DNA from: Cyanophyceae cyanobacterium
Lineage (GTDB): Bacteria > Cyanobacteriota > Cyanobacteriia > Cyanobacteriales > JBHJGN01
Assembly (NCBI GenBank): GCA_050331735.1
Contig: JBHJGN010000006.1
Span: forward strand, 41,856 to 105,855
Reading direction: 5' to 3'
Length of the DNA stretch: 64,000 bases
Every line of letters begins with the position of its first letter. The stretch's first letter is position 1. A program made the translations under genes and the position numbers. Shown piece by piece: positions 59,905-64,000 of this stretch. The notes under the pieces are model-generated. The model was given only the letters and a program-made list of their open reading frames with translations. It had not been told where the DNA came from and did not search any database.

Positions 59905-60174
59905 ATGCCAAAGTATATTATGTGGGGCAGCTACTGTGACAATGCCATAGAAAAGCGGTCTTCTTACCGCCAAGCTCATCTCGATGGTTTGGCCGCCCAA
60001 AAAGAACGCGGAGTTTTGGTCACTCTTGGTCCCACTAAAGACAACACCAAAGTCTTTGGTATCTATGATGCTGACGATGAAACCGCCGTGCGCCAGCTTG
60101 TTGAGCAAGATCCCTATTGGCAAAATGGTATTTGGACGGAATACGAGGTTAAGGAATGGATTCAGGCGTTTTAG
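59905..60174 (+). CDS. YciI family protein
   Basis: R..YRQAHL, LGP, DPYWQNG; start MPKY at 59905. Confidence 0.88.
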   Translation: MPKYIMWGSYCDNAIEKRSSYRQAHLDGLAAQKERGVLVTLGPTKDNTKVFGIYDADDETAVRQLVEQDPYWQNGIWTEYEVKEWIQAF

Positions 60175-60307
60175 TTTTGATTCTGTCACGCTTTTTTTGC
60201 TGACATACTCTGCTAAGAGCCTGTAAAATAGGTTGTTTCAAAGGTCAGAGCACACTCTCATAGAATCAATATGAGGAATGATATCCTGACCTTTCGACTA
60301 GAATTGA

Positions 60308-60570
60308 TTAGCGCTGTACGTGCGAAGAATGACCACTCGCGATATTCAAGCCCAATTGCAAGACTTTTATGGAGCCGAGGTATCACCAGCCTTAGTGTCT
60401 CAAGTGACCAATGCCGTCCACGAAGAGCGACTCAACTGCTGTGCAAACACGCAGTTTGGAAGCCGTGTGCTTAACTGTATACTTTAATGCTTTGGTTATC
60501 AAAATTATACATGAGGCAAGGGTGATTAACAAAGCTGTCCACTTATTATCTTAGAAGGTTAAGGACTACT
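60308..60570 (+). mobile_element. IS256 family transposase remnant (internal fragment, frameshifted)
   Basis: LALYVRRMTTRDIQAQLQDFYGAEVSPALVSQVTNAVHEE / QTRSLEAVCLTVYFNALVIKIIHEARVINKAVHL matches the IS256 consensus (LYARGMTTRDI...YGVEVS...YLDAL.VK...NKAV). Confidence 0.85.
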
Positions 60571-60612
60571 TCCCTAGCTTCATAAGCTTTCTTGCCGCCC
60601 CCACCGCTTTCA

Positions 60613-60905
60613 GCTAATAGGGTTGCTCAGACTCTTAGAAACGCTAAGCTGCGTTGGATTAATCGCGAGACAATCTGCCTAGAAGTGCAGTTGAATCGCT
60701 CACAGGTCAGCCGGAAGCCTTTCCGGCTGCTGCTTTAAGCAAGTTTTATGTAACTTGTTCCTCACACTGTCCTTGCTCCCCACTCGATGATGCTTTTCGG
60801 GGAGTACGCCGCGATAAGTTTCCCAATCGTCAGTGGAGATAACGGCATACTCCCGGTACACCTTCGGCAATGAAGCCTAGAGCTGTTGGCACTGTTTTTA
60901 CTAAC
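60613..60905 (-). mobile_element. IS1 family InsB transposase remnant with stop, frameshifts and a ~45-bp insertion
   Basis: QL*ASLPKVYREYAVISTDDWETYRGVLPEKHHRVGSKDS / TSYI [insert] ERFNCTSRQIVSRLIQRSLAF.KSLSN. Confidence 0.85.
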
Positions 60906-60971
60906 GACCAAAGCGCATCACTCAGTAGTTTAAAGAAATTGACAGGCGACCGATTTTTTGGTTGGTTCGGC

Positions 60972-62405
60972 TTAGAATAGTCTCAAAAGGAAGTTAATGG
61001 GCGAAAAGATCGCTCCAAGGGTGTTTAATACAGGACTTAATCCATCTGAAGCAGCAGCAACATCGGAACGCTTGACGACAACAACATCATTGTTGCGTAA
61101 GGTGGGATTGTTCTCTTCATTAATACTGGAAGCAAAATCAATCTTGATATCTCGTTTAGCTACTGTCCCATCAGGATTGAGGCGAATTAACTCTACAGAA
61201 CTCTTTTTAGCCCGTTCGTCATCAAATCCTCCTGCTGCCAAAAGTGCCTGATTAAGAGGAGTGTTGGGAGACAATTCTACTCGCCCCGGTTGTTCAACTT
61301 CACCAACAACGTTGACTTGAATATTTCCCGGAGAAAAACTAGCGGTTGCCAAGGTTTCTGACTCAGTGGGATCAAGAGTTTGAGCAGTCGGAATAAGGAT
61401 AGTATCACCATCTTGCAAAATTACATCCTGGCTCAGATCGCCATCTTGCAACAGAGCCCACAAATCGATATCAATGGTTTGTTGAGAACCAGACCGAGTT
61501 TGGCGGCGGACTTCAATATTGCGGATGTTAGCGAGGGGTTTAATGCCTCCAGCCTGTTCTATTGCTTTGGAAAGCTTGGGTGGCTGTGCTCGATTACCCT
61601 CCGCATTGCTCTGTTCAGGATTAACCTGGTAGGAGCCGGGACGGTAAACTTCACCAACAACGGCAACATCAACTGGCTCATTGGTCTGAATACCGAAATT
61701 AGCAGCGGCAAGCTGCCGAGTTTCAGTGACATCAATCTTGTCTTTGGTCGGAACGATAATTGTGTCTCCATCGCGGAGCGCTATGTTATCTTTCAGATTG
61801 CCCTGCTGTAGCAGTTGCCACAGATCTACCGTCATCAACTGGTTTTGACCTTGAGCAGAACGCTGAATTTGCACCTGGCGAACGTCTGCTGCCGTCGTAA
61901 TCCCTCCAGCCTGTTGCACAATATCAACAACAGACGGAAACTTGCGATCGTCTCCTAGGGATACTGTATAAGCTCCCGGATTTCTGACCTCTCCAGAAAT
62001 AGCAATGGTGATTGGACGAGGAGCGACGAGACTGACGGTAACAACGGGAAGTCGAAGATAGCGAGCGTAGCGTTCGGAAATAGTTTGAGTGGCCTTTTGC
62101 AAGGTTTGTCCTTCGACCTGAACTTTTCCAGCCAACGGCAAACTAACTGTTCCATCAACGAGCACTAGGTATTCCCCGGTGTAGTCTTCTTCCTGAAAAA
62201 TATCTATGTAGATGCGATCGCCTGCTCCCAGCACATAATCTGCCTCGGATAGTCTAGGATTAAATTCTGAACCCGATGAGGAATCTGGTTTAACAGTTAT
62301 TTGTGTTGCCAGAGCCTGAATCTCGGACGGAGTAACGAAAAATACTAAAGCAGTAACAGCAGAAATAGGCAGTCCTTTATTCAGTGAAAAACGAGTAAAA
62401 ACCAT
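60972..62405 (-). CDS. Polysaccharide export protein (Wza/KpsD-like, Poly_export + SLBB domains)
   Basis: YVLGAGDRI, VDGTVSLPLAG, GEVRNPG repeats, three SLBB-like repeats. Confidence 0.92.
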   Translation of the reverse strand: MVFTRFSLNKGLPISAVTALVFFVTPSEIQALATQITVKPDSSSGSEFNPRLSEADYVLGAGDRIYIDIFQEEDYTGEYLVLVDGTVSLPLAGKVQVEGQTLQKATQTISERYARYLRLPVVTVSLVAPRPITIAISGEVRNPGAYTVSLGDDRKFPSVVDIVQQAGGITTAADVRQVQIQRSAQGQNQLMTVDLWQLLQQGNLKDNIALRDGDTIIVPTKDKIDVTETRQLAAANFGIQTNEPVDVAVVGEVYRPGSYQVNPEQSNAEGNRAQPPKLSKAIEQAGGIKPLANIRNIEVRRQTRSGSQQTIDIDLWALLQDGDLSQDVILQDGDTILIPTAQTLDPTESETLATASFSPGNIQVNVVGEVEQPGRVELSPNTPLNQALLAAGGFDDERAKKSSVELIRLNPDGTVAKRDIKIDFASSINEENNPTLRNNDVVVVKRSDVAAASDGLSPVLNTLGAIFSPINFLLRLF

Positions 62406-62974
62406 AGCAAAAATATCTCCTTATCGTTGACAAAGCTTTTCTGGGGTCGTTCGCAAGTAACTTGCGGCTTCTTTGGGAACTTGTTCTCTTGAAGAAAGTA
62501 AATATTAGCCCTAGTTTTTTTTAGAGCATCAAAAACTATATGATTGCGGTAAAAGCCTCTTGAAGAAGAAAAATCTATTTCCGACTGAACGTTTAATTAG
62601 ATTGTATACAATTACAATGTGCTCTTGCAGTTCTACTAGAAGAATATTCGGCGGGTGCTTTGAGCTTGGCCCTTCTCAAGAGAGAGCAATAAAAGACAAG
62701 TAAGCTTGTTGTGTATTCTCTTACCTCAAACGAATTTTTGAAGCAATGTTATAATCCACATTTTTATATGTATCTTGACAAGAAGTTCCGTGTTTTCTCG
62801 CACAAAAATTTGACAAGTATTTTGCCAATTAGGGAACTTTTTAAATGCAAAAGACAAGACAGTGATCTTAAAAAGGAAAAGTAGATGAAATATCTTTCCA
62901 GCCTCATACCTTTTTTTTCTAGAACAAATCTTCGCCAACAACCTTTATTAATAACAGAAGGTCAGCACAAGCAT

Positions 62975-64000
62975 GTGAGTAAAAAACGAAAATTTGCTCT
63001 TGCTCTGTCTGCTGGGATTTCTGCTTTTGCTTTACCCTTTGTTTTCCACTCGGTTCAAGCGAAGGTTTATACTCGCTATGATTTTGAGGGAGGTATAAAG
63101 GGATTGAAACTACAAACTCACAATAAGCGCTGTTCTTCTACGGACAAGATGTTTCAGACAATTGCTAATCCTGTTCATTCTGGAAGAAAATCGCTGCAAG
63201 TTCACTTAGCTAATTGTGATGAGCGGGCAGAGGTTGTTCTTCCCAGGCTTCAGGAAGGAAAAGAAGTTTGGATCGGATGGAACGTAATGGTTCCAAATGA
63301 TAAGCGTCACTTTAATGGAAGAACTCCAAAGACTAACTGGACTCTTACTCAGCAGTTTGAAGCAGCAGGAATATGGCAGAAAAAATATCGGGTTTCTGCT
63401 GAATGTGGTTTCCCCTATAAGTCAAACCTCCAAATCTTTCCTCGGAGCAATAGATATAACTACAAGGTTGTGTATTCTAAGGGGAGAAATGGCAACAACA
63501 TTCGTTTGGGCTGTAAAAGCGTCAATATTCCTCTTCAAAAAGGAAAGTGGGAACAGTTTGTGATGCAGGTAAAGCCAACTGAAGGAGGAAACGGATATTT
63601 GCGTATCTGGAAAGACGGTAAACAATACCTCAATTTCCAGGGAGCTTTACTTCCCCCAGGCTTTGCTCCTGGCCCATTTAAGCTCGGTGCTTACGTAGGA
63701 GATCCGGGAAGAGGGGAGAGAGTGTTGTTTTTTGACGAGATTAGAATTGGTGATTCTGCCCAAGAAGTTATTGCTCAAGGTTCTGGTGGTTCTCTCAATT
63801 TAAATGATTCAAGTCCTAACTCAAACTCAACTCCTAATACTGAAAATTTGGCTATTAGAAAACCTGTTAAAGTGACTTCCCAGCCTCGGTCAGATTACCT
63901 GGGCCGTTTCGCCGTAGATGGCAAAACCGATACTCGATGGGCAGCGCAGAACTATCCTCAAGAAATCACAATTACTCTCGCGGATCGTCCCGTGCCGATT
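62975..64000 (+). CDS. Secreted polysaccharide-lyase-like (heparin lyase I-type jelly-roll) protein + discoidin/CBM32 domain; partial, runs off the window end
   Basis: Open frame from GTG 62975 to the end (342 codons): signal peptide MSKKRKFALALS...VQA, YDFEGG, ERAEV, KGKWEQF...GYLRIWKDG, FKLGAY, FFDEIRIGD, then NLAIRKPV...AVDGKTDTRWAA. Confidence 0.8.
   Translation, partial: MSKKRKFALALSAGISAFALPFVFHSVQAKVYTRYDFEGGIKGLKLQTHNKRCSSTDKMFQTIANPVHSGRKSLQVHLANCDERAEVVLPRLQEGKEVWIGWNVMVPNDKRHFNGRTPKTNWTLTQQFEAAGIWQKKYRVSAECGFPYKSNLQIFPRSNRYNYKVVYSKGRNGNNIRLGCKSVNIPLQKGKWEQFVMQVKPTEGGNGYLRIWKDGKQYLNFQGALLPPGFAPGPFKLGAYVGDPGRGERVLFFDEIRIGDSAQEVIAQGSGGSLNLNDSSPNSNSTPNTENLAIRKPVKVTSQPRSDYLGRFAVDGKTDTRWAAQNYPQEITITLADRPVPI

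Larger units (their letters stand above)
1..64000. repeat. HIP1 octamer (GCGATCGC), dispersed; cyanobacterial signature
   Basis: Dozens of GCGATCGC copies seen by eye (e.g. ~1280, ~1707, ~2244, ~4121, ~7925, ~17033, ~23238, ~28539, ~58083); visibly sparser in 33-53.5 kb. Confidence 0.9.

Noticed and set aside
62420..62860. Recurring (T/A)(T/A)GACAAG words upstream of the Wza-like gene
   Set aside because: Short, irregularly spaced and overlapping the -35 consensus TTGACA; not distinguishable from chance by eye
1..64000. CRISPR array, rRNA or prophage
   Set aside because: No regularly spaced direct repeats, cas, rRNA or phage structural genes found

Overview
Cyanobacterial chromosomal segment, judged from abundant HIP1 GCGATCGC sites, petB/petD, ctpA and pentapeptide proteins. 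The left ~33 kb is mostly housekeeping: a Ser/Thr kinase, a HAL2-type nucleotidase, a 6S RNA, ggt, tRNA-Leu(CAA), iscA, petBD, ctpA, glcE/glcF, an aminotransferase and a sugar ABC ATPase. Accessory items are interspersed: a MITE-disrupted PD-(D/E)XK pseudogene, a nuclease-ParA plus degenerate ParB-HhH gene pair, a frameshifted PPC/FG-GAP/RTX surface protein, a Bsr-like deaminase and an arsM-like/arsS/DedA operon. From ~33.9 to 53.5 kb lies a minus-strand, HIP1-poor ABC-transporter (Wzm/Wzt) glycan locus. It holds six GT2/GT4 glycosyltransferases, two GT-C-like paralogs, FkbM and CmoA-like SAM enzymes, a sulfotransferase, a GMC oxidoreductase, a UGM-like flavoprotein and gene relics. The right end has a methyltransferase, a catalytically degenerate HAD, a pentapeptide kinase, pheT, yciI, IS256 and IS1 remnants, a Wza-like exporter and a partial secreted polysaccharide lyase-CBM32 gene missing from the ORF track. 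Best candidates for undescribed biology: (1) the HsdR_N-nuclease-ParA / ParB-like-HhH module; (2) the M48 protease gene whose last codons and stop codon are the 5' arm of tRNA-Leu; (3) a variant CmoA plus FkbM pair inside the glycan locus. All calls are from motif recognition by eye; no searches were run.
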